Positions 23,270 to 33,451 of a stretch of 43,568 bases of DNA are shown piece by piece. The number at the start of each line of letters is the position of its first letter. Positions within the stretch are counted from its first letter, which is position 1. The notes beneath the pieces are model-generated. The model made no database searches. It was given only the letters and a program-made list of their open reading frames with translations, and had not been told where the DNA came from. The position numbers were made by a program, and so were the translations under genes. The stretch is from Octopus bimaculoides (Eukaryota): NCBI RefSeq assembly GCF_001194135.2, contig NC_068996.1:48614854-48658421 (forward strand), read 5' to 3'.

Positions 23270-24005
23270 AACAGCAACAACAACATGGGGTGGAGTAGGG
23301 GTGAGGAGGGAAGAGAAGGAGAAGAAGGAGGATAGGAGCAGGAGCAGGAGGAGCAGGAGGAGGTGGAGCAGCAGAAAAGAGAAGAATTGGCTGGAGGGGG
23401 AGGAGGAGAAGGAGATGGAGGAGGAGGAGGAGGGGGANNNNNNNNNNNNNNNNNNNNNNNNNNNNNNNNNNNNNNNNNNNNNNNNNNNNNNNNNNNNNNN
23501 NNNNNNNNNNNNNNNNNNNNNNNNNNNNNNNNNNNNNNNNNNNNNNNNNNNNNNNNNNNNNNNNNNNNNNNNNNNNNNNNNNNNNNNNNNNNNNNNNNNN
23601 NNNNNNNNNNNNNNNNNNNNNNNNNNNNNNNNNNNNNNNNNNNNNNNNNNNNNNNNNNNNNNNNNNNNNNNNNNNNNNNNNNNNNNNNNNNNNNNNNNNN
23701 NNNNNNNNNNNNNNNNNNNNNNNNCAGCAGCAGTAAGGAGAAGAATTAGGAGGAGGAGGAGGAGGAGGAGGAGCAGGAGCAGGAGAAGTAGGAGGAGGAG
23801 GAAGAAGGAGAAGAATTAGGAGGAGGAGGACTAGGAGAAGGAGAAAAAGAATTAGGAGGAGGAGGACTAGGAGAAGAAGGAGAAGAAGGAGAAGAAGAAG
23901 AAGAAAAAGAAGAAGAAAAAGAAAAAGAAGAGGAAAAAGAAGAAGATGAAGAAGAAGAAGAAGAACAACAACAACAACAATAACAGCAACAAACAGCAAC
24001 AAACA
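23270..24005. repeat. (GGA)/(GAA)/(CAA) trinucleotide polypurine tract (contains a gap)
   Basis: Direct inspection. Confidence 0.9.
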
Positions 24006-24039
24006 GCAACAATGAAAACACAAGTAAAACAACAAGTAC

Positions 24040-24101
24040 CTATTAAATCCAGCCAAAGGAGATTCTTTGTCTTGGCTTTGGGTTTCTTCCGGATCCATTA
24101 C
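24040..24101 (-). CDS. CEP104: CEP104 probable linker exon (62 nt; VMDPEETQSQDKESPLAGFN(R))
   Basis: Acceptor ctccatctttag| and donor |gtactt. Open frame with exactly the phase 0 in / phase 2 out needed to join the flanking exons, giving ..NR-PDYISPL. Little sequence conservation, so it rests mainly on phase logic. Confidence 0.7.
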
Positions 24102-24350
24102 CTAAAGATGGAGAATAATTATAATTAGAATCTTTGAAATCAAAATTCTCCGATTTCCTTGTTCCAAACTTCCATTAAGATCTTTATTTGTCCTAACACT
24201 GGAAATTCTAAGTTCTATAGAATCTTCATAGAAGGAATTCTAAACTCTGTCATATATTCATATATGTTAGAATTACATTGGATGGTCTGAACCAGCATTT
24301 CTCAGCCATTTTTTTTTTTTTGTTACATATCCTAAATAACTAAACATATG

Positions 24351-24525
24351 ACACAGGTGTGGCTGTATGATAAGAAGCTTGCTTCTCAATTACATGGTCC
24401 CGGGTTCAGTCCCACTGTGTGGTACCCTGCGCAAGTGTCTGCTACTATAGCCTCAGGTCAACCAAAGCCTTGTGATTGGATTTGTAGACAGAAACTGAAA
24501 TGAAGCCTGTTGTGAGTGTGTGAGT

Positions 24526-24567
<42 letters not shown>

Positions 24568-25320
24568 TTGGCATTAGGAAGTGCATCCAGCTGTAAAAAC
24601 CTCGCCAGCACAGATTGGAGCCTGGTGCAATCTACTGGTTTGCCAGTCCACAGTCAAACCATCCAACCCATGCCAGCATGGAAGGCGGACATTAAACGAT
24701 GATGATGATGATATATATATATATGATTGTGTAGAAAGAAACTTGCTACCCGATCACATGCTTCCAGGATCAGTTTCACTGTGTGGCACCTTGGGCAAGT
24801 GTCTTCTACTATAGCTTCAAGCTGACCAAAGCCTTGTGAGTGGATTTGGTAGACAAAAATTGAAAGAAGCCCATCTTACACCCTAGTGTCATGGAAATGG
24901 CACCCGTGCCAGTGGCACATCAAAGCACCCATTACACTCTCGGAGTGGTTGGTGTTAGGAAGAGCATCCAGCTGTAGGAAGCATGCCAAATCAGACTGGA
25001 GTCTGGTGCAGCTTTCCAGCTTACCAGCCCTGGTCAAACTGTCCAACCCATGCCAACATGGACAAAGGATGTTAGATGATGATGAGGAGGAGGACGATAT
25101 GTGTGTGTGTCCATCACCACTTGACAACTGCTGTTGGTGTGTTTACGTCCCTATAGCTTAATGGTTCAGCAAAAGAGACTGATGGAATAAGTAACAGGCT
25201 TGAAAAAAAAAAGTCCTGAGGTTGATTTGTTTGCCAGAAATGTATCGCAGTGTTGCTCCAGAATGGTCACAGTCTAATGACTGAAACAAGTAAAAGAACA
25301 AAAGGGGAAAGCTAAAAGCA
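24351..25320 (+). mobile_element. Cluster of interleaved SINE family A and family B fragments
   Basis: A head 24351-24530; B tail ~24565-24710; A head ~24730-24875; B ~24890-25095; A tail ~25100-25310. Confidence 0.75.
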
Positions 25321-25456
25321 AACAAGTAACTTGTGATGAACAAAGCATATATTTAATATAGGCCTACCCTCACCCGGCTGCAATAAGTGGCCCCAAGGCA
25401 TGAAACTTTACTAAAATATCCTCATAACACGAAAAATCATTTAAAGAATTGATTGC

Positions 25457-25900
25457 CCGGGTGTGGCTGTGTTGTAAGAAGCTTGATTCCCAACCACATG
25501 GCTCCAGGTTCTGTCCCACTGCATGGCAGCTTGAGCAAGTGTTTTCTACTATAGCCTCAGGCCAACCAAAGCCTTATAAGTAGATTTGGTAGACAGAAAA
25601 ATGCCTGTTGTATATATGCATGTGTGTGGGAGGCGGGTACATCTGTGTGTGTGTGTGTGTGTGTGTGTGCATGTGTATGTGTGTGGCTGGGTGTTTTTTT
25701 GTTCCCCACCAATGCTTGACAACTGGTGTTTACATCGTTGTAACCTAGCAGTTCAGCAAAAGAGACTGATCGAATAAGTACTGGGCTTAACACAAAAAAA
25801 AACCAATAAAGTCCTGGGGTCAATTCATTCAACTATAAATACTTCAAGGTGGTGCTCTAGCATGGCCACAGTCAAATAACTGAAACAAGTAAAAGAGAGA
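25457..25900 (+). mobile_element. SINE family A copy
   Basis: Head-to-tail homology to family A. Confidence 0.85.
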
Positions 25901-27155
25901 AAAGATTACATCCGTTTTTATAAATGATTTTGACATACTTCCACAAGTGTTTCGTATTTGATTTTCTTCTTCAGTGTTGGATTTCAGGTGGGGAGTTTTA
26001 AAAATTTCATTTTTGGATCTTAAAAATGTTTGTTCTTTTAAATATGTTTGCTGAGACTGATGTAAAGTTGGATAAACTGAATGAAGTTGAGGTTTATTTT
26101 TCCTTTTATTTCTTAAAAAACCAAAAAAGACATAACTGGAAATGACGTAATTTGAGGTTTTCCTCTATATATCTCTATCCTTTCTTATCTTTGATTCTTT
26201 CATCTCTGATCTTAGATAACACAGCACATACGATCGTGAGCCATGTCATGTTTATCATAAATTGATGAGATAACATGGGTTGGCAATGATACTTTGTAGT
26301 TACTTTTTATTATTATTTACTGATTATGTTATTAAATTTTACTCTAAATATCATTCCAACCATGAAACAATAACATGTATAATATATGAATATTCTGATC
26401 AATATGTTGATCAGAATATTGATATATTAGATCAATATTTCTTCAGTCCTTTACACGCAAAATATTGAAATATTTTGTGTCTTGAGATGTCATATCTCAG
26501 CATTGATTTTATTATGCTCATCAACTATCTTCAACTCTAGTTGTAACACTATCAGTTTTTTATGACTCATGTTCTTTATGTAAAGATGTTTATAACATAG
26601 ACATATAACAATCATTCTGAAAAATTCACAAGATCCAGGCACTTTCCTAAACTCAAAAAGGAAAATTTTCGGATGCTCCCCTCATGAATGAAAATTTATT
26701 TTGGCAACGTTGTCATGCCTACTTCTGGATCAGAGAATGACATATATACATACTGCTTATGCCCTTTACCCATGGCTTACACCAATCCATGGGAAATAAC
26801 TCCTCTTTCTTCCTTGAAAATGTTATAATTTTTTTACTATGTTTTATGCCATTTCTTTTAAACAAAACGTCACCACTCAACATATGCACTTCCAGCCAGT
26901 ATGTCTGAAGTGTTATCAATACTGCTTAAGTGCAACAGTCAGCATGAAACTGCCATTAACATTCTAACCAGTTATATATCATTACCAGTAATATGCTGTT
27001 GGACAATATATTAAAATATAACCTATCTATTACTCATATTGAGTGTATTATTTTTTCTTAAATTTTTAAGAAGTTGTACTTGTTGGATAGATTTGTATAA
27101 GAAAATAAGGATAATAAAATGTAAAATATAAGAGTCAAAGTAGCTTTATTCTTAC

Positions 27156-27212
27156 TGGAGTAGAGTCTTCTTGTAGCTTGTCACCAATAATGTTGATAGC
27201 AACCACACTGAT
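27156..27212 (-). CDS. CEP104: CEP104 coding exon (57 nt; ISVVAINIIGDKLQEDSTP)
   Basis: Acceptor ttttttctatgtag| and donor |gtaaga. Matches the CEP104 VALVAINIIGD motif. Phase 0/0. Confidence 0.9.
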
Positions 27213-27471
27213 CTACATAGAAAAAAAAAACAAGAGAAAAAATTACAGAAGTTATATTGTGTTCCCAATAACATCAATGCTAAGTAATTAAGAATAGGCT
27301 AATGAGCTAATATAATGTTGTGAATCCATAAAATCATTTCGACATATTTTCACATGTATTTTATTTGATTTTGCAATTCAGTATTGGTTTTTAAGTGTTT
27401 TTTTTATTTATATATTGCAGGGATGTACTTGCATAGCAAGTGACCTGATTTGAGATCGTGTGCTGGAACAA

Positions 27472-27713
27472 AAACAATTGCAGCGTCGAAGGTGTTTATA
27501 AGCCATTTAAAATAACACAGAAAAACCGTTAGATTCACTTCAATATTTAAATTTAATTTGTCAAAATATTTTCGTCATTTTGAGACCGCGACCTGTTCAC
27601 TGACAAAATTCTGTGCTGCACAGATAAATTAAATTTAAATGTTGAAGTGAATCTAACGGTTTTTGTGTGTTATTTTAAATGGCTTATAAACACCTTCCAT
27701 GCTGCAATTGTTT
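27472..27713. mobile_element. Foldback repeat: ~88-bp near-perfect inverted arms around a ~66-bp spacer; Penelope-like end suspected
   Basis: 27472-27559 is the reverse complement of 27626-27713 with few mismatches. The spacer folds as a hammerhead-like motif on the minus strand. Confidence 0.8.
27557..27607 (-). ncRNA. Candidate minimal type-I hammerhead ribozyme with G3:C8 core variant
   Basis: UUUGUCA-GUGAACA-G-GUCG(11-nt loop)UGAC-GAAA-AUAU-UU-UGACAAA. 7-bp stem I, 4-bp stem II, palindromic AAUAUU in place of stem III. Structural inference only. Confidence 0.55.
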
Positions 27714-29259
27714 ATTTATATATTTTTAAATATATTTGCTGGAACAGATGTAAAGTTGGATAAATTGATTGAAGGAAAGGTTTATTTTTTTCTATTTATT
27801 TCTTAAAAAACAAAACAGAAGATGATATTAGACAGGTAGTGAGGGCAAAAACATAATTGAGTGTTAATGATATTTCTTTTCAAAATGGGGCAAGGGAGAG
27901 AATTTTTTAATTCATAATTAAAAATTCATTATTAGCAACAAAAACAGCAATCTGTATCTCTTACTCAATGTAGATATATTGTAAGAAAGCCACAATACTG
28001 TAGTATTTTGTCTTAAGAAAGAATCTTCTATAGACATATAGTGCTAAAAAATACAGAAGTACCAGCAGCAGGTAAAAAATGTGTGACAGTAATAGCAGCA
28101 ATGGTGGAACTGCTAGATCATGTGATTCCTGTGTAGCAAGTCATAAAAGGCTGTAATATGACGTAATGGTCATTTGCCCGAACAAGCATAATTGTTGATA
28201 TCCCATTGGTTAAAATTATTGCCCATATATGAATTCTAAACTTTCATCAAAGAAATCTTTCACGAAATACAGTTCTTAGAATTCAGATATGAGCAGTTAT
28301 AAAAACCCTGATTTTTGGGAAATTACTCAGTGATCATAAGATGTTACTAAACTCCACAACACTCGCTCATGGAGATATTGGCTATTTTTTATGCTATGTC
28401 TATGACTTATGGTCAGTAAATAATGTAAACCTGCATATTTGCACATCTTCAGCAGCAAGTATCCACTATCATTGCATGCTTGTGCCTTTTAACACTATAT
28501 GAGATGCTTTCTCAAGACAAATATTGCAGTATTGTGCCTTTCTTAAGGTATATCCACATTAAGTAAGATATATAGATTGCTTTATAATTAAAAATTAAAT
28601 GAAGATATATTGTAGAAGTGAATTTGATAGGTGCAATAATTAATCGTTCTTTCGTTGTTTAGTTTGTTTTGGCCATTACAGCTAAGACCATGCTGGAGCA
28701 TCAACCTCAAGTGTGAATATTCTTTGTCTCTTTTTGTTTGTCTCTCCCTCTTTATACATCCAGTTAGAGACAGCGTGATAGTGTAAGAAATCATAACTGT
28801 TATCATCTGTATTATAATTTAAGCATATACCTAACAGTTGTAAGGTTAAAGTACTGAATCACAAATGACACAGTCACAAGTTCAAATCTTGCATTTACTA
28901 AAATGACTTCTTTTAACCGGAGCCGGCTTGTCTTTTACTTCTGCAACTCAGACACTCCTGACCCCCTTCATCTCTCAACCATCTGGCAACCTTGTTTTGT
29001 CCTGACCATCCAGGTCCCACACTAATCACTGTACCCAGTGCTTCCTCCCTACAAACAGGATTAAGGCCTCCAAAGTCATGGACACTGACCCAGTGAGTAA
29101 AAGAAAAGAAAAATCACTGTGTTGTGTCACAATACACAAAACTGTTAACTTGTTTCAGAAAAAAAAAAAAATACACCTCCCAACCCCACCACAAACACGT
29201 ATTATGTTTCTCATTCTTCATGGTTGATGATGCATGATTAATACAAAACAATATGGTCC

Positions 29260-29455
29260 TCATGCCGGTGGCACGTAAAAGCACCCACTACACTCTCAGA
29301 GTGGTTGGCATTAGGAAGGGCATCCAGCTGTAGAAACTCTGCCAAATCAGATTGGAGCCTTGGTGTTGCCATCCGGTTTCACCAGTCCTCAGTCAAACCG
29401 TCCAACCCATGCCAGCATGGAAAGCAGACGTTGAACGACGATGATGATGATGATG
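29260..29455 (+). mobile_element. Repeat family B copy with (GAT)n tail
   Basis: Homology to the other family B copies. Confidence 0.8.
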
Positions 29456-29521
29456 AATGTAAGTAAATAAGTATTTCATTTTAGAGAATAATCTGAACGC
29501 TAAAGGGTTGAACATTTAGCA

Positions 29522-29843
29522 CAGTATTTCCCAACCATTTTTTTCCTCTGGACTTCTTTGATTCCTCTTCACACAGAAAGCCGTTCCTAGCCATTTGATA
29601 TTCAAAAAATCCTACTATATTTTTTATAACAAAGTATTATTACGAATTTTATATAAAAGCAATTGTTAAAATATTTTGTGTATTGTAGAAATATAACTGA
29701 TTTATAGCAGATAAATTTTAACAACAAAATCTTATAGGGACCCCTTCACAAGTCATAGGGACCCCTTCACAGGTCATAGGGACCCCTTCACAGGTCATAG
29801 GGACCCCTTCACAGGTCATATGGACCCTGGTTCAGAACCATTG
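29522..29843. mobile_element. hAT-type MITE containing a 21-bp x4 tandem repeat (29734-29817)
   Basis: Termini cagtatttcccaacc / ggttcagaaccattg. 8-bp TSD (a/c)tttagca. Unit atagggaccccttcacaggtc. Confidence 0.7.
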
Positions 29844-30535
29844 CTTTAGCATTTAAACTAACCAGATCCAATCCAAATATTCTATCTGTTTTATGTTCAA
29901 TCTGGCCATATCCAGCTTTTCATTTCTTTTATGTTAAAACCATTCAGATCCAGCCTCCCACACCAACCTTTAATGTCGTTCTAAAATAAAGAAATTACAT
30001 CATCAAATTCTCGAAGCTATGAGATAATGCAGGATTAATTCCTTACAATGTAAGTAAATAAGCATTACTTTTGACAGAATAACCTTTTCTACTACTCTAG
30101 GTACAAGGCCCGAAGTTTTGGGGGAAGGGTGGGGGGGGCAGTCGATTACATCGACTCCAGTATGTAACTGGTACTTAATTTTTCGACCCCAAAAGGATGA
30201 AAGGCAAAAATCAACCTTGGCAAAATTTAAACTCAGAGCATAAAGACAGACGAAATACTGCTAAGCATTTTGCCCGGTGTGCTAAGGGGCTACACACAGA
30301 GGGGACAAACAAGGACAGACAAAGGATTAAGTCAATTATATCAACCCCAGTGCATAACTGGTACTTATTTAATCGACCCCAAAAGGATGAAAAGCAAAAT
30401 CAACCTTGGTGAAATTTGAACTCAGAACATAGCGGCAGACGAAATACTGCTAAGCATTTCGCCCAGCATGCTAACGATTCTGCCAGCTCACCACCTTCCT
30501 TTTGACAGAATAATCCAAATGCAAAAGGATTAAGT
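29844..30535 (-). mobile_element. piggyBac-type MITE interrupted by a SINE
   Basis: Reverse-complement homolog of the 35536-35760 MITE. Ends atgcaaaaggattaa. Confidence 0.7.
30083..30498 (-). mobile_element. SINE family D (internally duplicated/dimeric) with 15-bp TSD
   Basis: Direct repeat CTTTTGACAGAATAA at 30068-30082 and 30499-30513. The segment cgaccccaaaaggatgaaa..agacgaaatactgctaagcattt occurs twice. Confidence 0.85.
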
Positions 30536-30964
30536 TATTCCAGTGGTGCATTGGCAGAGTCTTTGGAATATGAAAATGAATGCTTTGTTGTATTTGTTCT
30601 GAGATTCTGCTAAGTTCAAACCTCACCAAGACCAATTCTACCTTTCATCCTTTCAAAGCTGATAAATGAATAACAGTCAAGTACTGGATCCAGTTTTTCA
30701 TCTCTTTCTCTGTTCCCACAAGAAACAGACTGTAGTCAGACATTGAGAAGAATGGAATCCATCAAACTTGAAAATCTGTCCAAGACATGCCATATATATC
30801 AGAATGTTGTCTCTATAACTCCATCAGGTATTGCAAATCCAATGTAACACTAACAGAAGCGTCAGAGCCAAATTTTCAGTCTAAGGTGAAATAACTTTGT
30901 TCCTTCTTTCTTCAAGTTTTAGTGTGGGGAATGTTGAGTGTGGGGAAAGATTGGCCAGAGATCA

Positions 30965-31225
30965 TCAACATCATCATCGTCGTTTAACGTCCGCTTTCCA
31001 TGCTAGCATGGGTTGGACGATTTGACCGAGGACTGGTGAAACCAGATGGCTACACCAGGCTCCAATCTGATTTGGCAGAGTTTCTACGGCTGGATGCCCT
31101 TCCTAACGCCAACCACTCAGAGAGTGTAGATATAATAGAAAATATTTGTCCAAGGTGCCATGCAGTGAGACTGAACCTGATACCACATGGTTGGGAAGTA
31201 ATCTTCTTAACCACACAACCATACA
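30965..31225 (-). mobile_element. Family B fragment joined to a family A head fragment
   Basis: Homology to the other copies. Confidence 0.7.
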
Positions 31226-31289
31226 TGCACCAATGAATATATGTGAGCATGTGTATATGTGCAGGTTAAGTAAACAAGGTAGAGTCACT

Positions 31290-31537
31290 TCCTCATGCCA
31301 TGCCGACTCATAAGGACCAGTTTCCAAGTTTCCATAGCATATAATAAATTCTCCCAATGGATGGGACCCCAGTCCATCGCAGGATTACTCATTTTTTTGC
31401 CAGCTGAGTAGACTGGAGCAATGTGAAATGAAGTGTTGTGCTCAAGGACACAATGCATTGTCCAGTTCAGGAATTGAAGCCACAATCTTATGATCACAAG
31501 TCCAACACCCTAACCAATAAGCCACGTGTACCTTCAC
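31290..31537 (-). mobile_element. tRNA-type SINE, family C-related head with a different tail
   Basis: Minus-strand gtgaaggtacacgtggcttattggttagggtgttgg.. head and gtgtccttgagcacaacac CORE-like segment. Confidence 0.7.
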
Positions 31538-31573
31538 ATAATTTGTGCAAGTGTGTGTGTGTAAGCAAATTAC

Positions 31574-31712
31574 CTGATTATATAGGTTGTATTTGTTAAT
31601 ATAGTTCTTGTGTAAATTTAGCTTCAGGAACATCCCTGTGGCATCAACATGAACCGACTTGAGCTCTCGAACACGAAAGTCTGTCTTCTCATTGTTTGCC
31701 AAAGATATGTAA
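31574..31712 (-). CDS. CEP104: CEP104 coding exon (139 nt; (G)YISLANNEKTDFRVRELKSVHVDATGMFLKLNLHKNYINKYNLYNQ)
   Basis: Acceptor atttccag| and donor |gtaatt. Strong resemblance to CEP104 N-terminal domain YVSLCDNEKTGCKARELKSVYVDAVGQFLKLIFHQNHVNKYNIYNQ. Phase 2 in, phase 0 out. Confidence 0.95.
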
Positions 31713-31797
31713 CTGGAAATAGAAAAATCATAATTATTAAATTATTGTTTTAAAAGTAAAATGAATGAATGGAACTAGTCCAAAGAAACATCTAGAT

Positions 31798-32566
31798 CAG
31801 TGATTCTCAACCAGGATCCATATGGCCCCCTGCAGGTCTATATAAGCTTTTTGGGGTCCATGCAGCATGATAATAAATTGGGGATCCACAACAGAATTTC
31901 AAGGGCTCCTGAAAAAAACTTTTGCTTTAGATGTATGTATTGGTGTTTATTGCAAGAAACAGCTGAGTTTCTTTCTCTACCATTTTACATAATTCAACCT
32001 ACACAAAGGAATGTGAGAAAAACAAAATAGGAATTTTGAAAGAAGTTTCTATAAAACTAGTTTTTAAATATAGAATGGCTATGGGGATCCACCAGAATAA
32101 GATAGTAATCAAAGGGGACCATAGAGTAGGAGTGGCTGTGTAGTAAGTAGCTTGCTTACCAACCACATGGTCCTGGGTTCAGTCCCATTGCGTGGCACCT
32201 TGGGCAAGTGTCTTCTACTATAGCCTCGGGCCAACCAAAGCCTTGTGAGTGGATTTGGTAGACGGAAACCGAAAGAAGCCTGTCGTATATATGTATATAT
32301 ATATATGTATGTGTGTATGTGTTTGTATGTCTGTGTTTGTCCCCCCAACATCGCTTGAAAACCGATGCTGGTGTGTTTATGTCCCCGTAACTTAGCGGTG
32401 CGGCAAAAGAGACTGATAGAATAAGTACTAGGCTTACAAAGAATAAGTCTTGGGGTTGATTTGCTCGACTAAAGGCGGTGCTGCAGCATGGCCACAGTCA
32501 AATGACTGAATCAAGTAAAAGAGTAAAAGAGTAAAGAGATAAAAAAAAAATGGTTGAGAACCCCTG
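31798..32566. mobile_element. hAT-Charlie-type MITE with a nested SINE
   Basis: TIRs cagtgattctcaacc / ggttgagaacccctg. TSD atctagat/atctagac fits the Charlie NTCTAGAN target. Confidence 0.85.
32126..32540 (+). mobile_element. SINE family A copy (well preserved), nested in the hAT MITE
   Basis: Full head-to-tail homology. Confidence 0.9.
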
Positions 32567-33019
32567 ATCTAGACTGTAGACGGGAGAACAACAATGGCCA
32601 CTATAGTGGTAGAAAAGGCAGGGAAAGGAGACAATATGTTCATGGAGCTGAGGTTGGAGAAGAGTCTGTTTGATCAGAACTAACCAAGGTCCAAACAACA
32701 GCAAATATTGGTGGCTCTTCTTAATAACACAGGCCATCTAATAATAATAGGTATCCTTGGATAATACCACTCAACATTGTAGGCAGGGGTAGCGTAGTAA
32801 AACTAACCAGTGTTTCATTGATTTACAGGGTTCAGCTCACATCTTTCCAAAAATTGCTGTCACATTTTCTTAAAATCACGCTTTTCTTAAAATCCCACCC
32901 TAACACAACATTAGGGTGGATAATGTAGTCCAAGATATACTATATTTTATTTCATAATGGGCGACCATGTTTGGAAGACTTTTGATCATAAGGTTATACC
33001 ATCAGTACTAACCTGAGCC

Positions 33020-33243
33020 TCTCTTTTACTCTTTTACTTGTTTCAGTCATTTGACTGTGGCCATGCTGGAGCACCGCCTTTAGTCGAGCAAATCGACCCC
33101 AGGACTTATTCTTTGGAAGCCTAGTACTTATTTTATCAGTCTCTTTGGCCGAACCACTAAGTTACAGGGACGTAAACACACCAGCATCGGTTGTCAAGTG
33201 ATGTTGGAGGCACAAACACAGACACACAAACATATACACACAC

Positions 33244-33286
<43 letters not shown>

Positions 33287-33451
33287 TACGACAAGCTTCT
33301 TTCAGTTTCCGTCTACCAAATCCACTCACAAGGCTTTGGTCAGCCCGAGACTGTAGTAGAAGACACTTGCCCAAGGTGCCACGTAGTAAGAATGAACCTG
33401 GAATCATGTGGTTGGTAAGCAAGCTACTTACCACACAGCCACTCCTACGCC
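33020..33451 (-). mobile_element. SINE family A copy
   Basis: Reverse complement of the 32126-32540 copy. Confidence 0.9.

Noticed and set aside
22378-24098. ORFs of 200-280 aa spanning gaps and GGA/GAA repeats
   Set aside because: Mostly X or low-complexity. Only the first ~20 codons (24040-24101) are retained as a CEP104 exon.
26640-26990. Possible Gypsy integrase relic (minus, FKRNGIKH)
   Set aside because: Single short motif with no convincing flanking alignment by eye. A tBLASTx/HMM search would be needed.
29734-29827. CRISPR-like array (also 2241-2560)
   Set aside because: Direct tandem repeats without unique spacers, in eukaryotic intron context.
32126-32200. tRNA gene (and similar heads in other SINE copies)
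   Set aside because: A/B-box-like motifs are present but they continue into a shared SINE body in many copies. I cannot draw a full cloverleaf.
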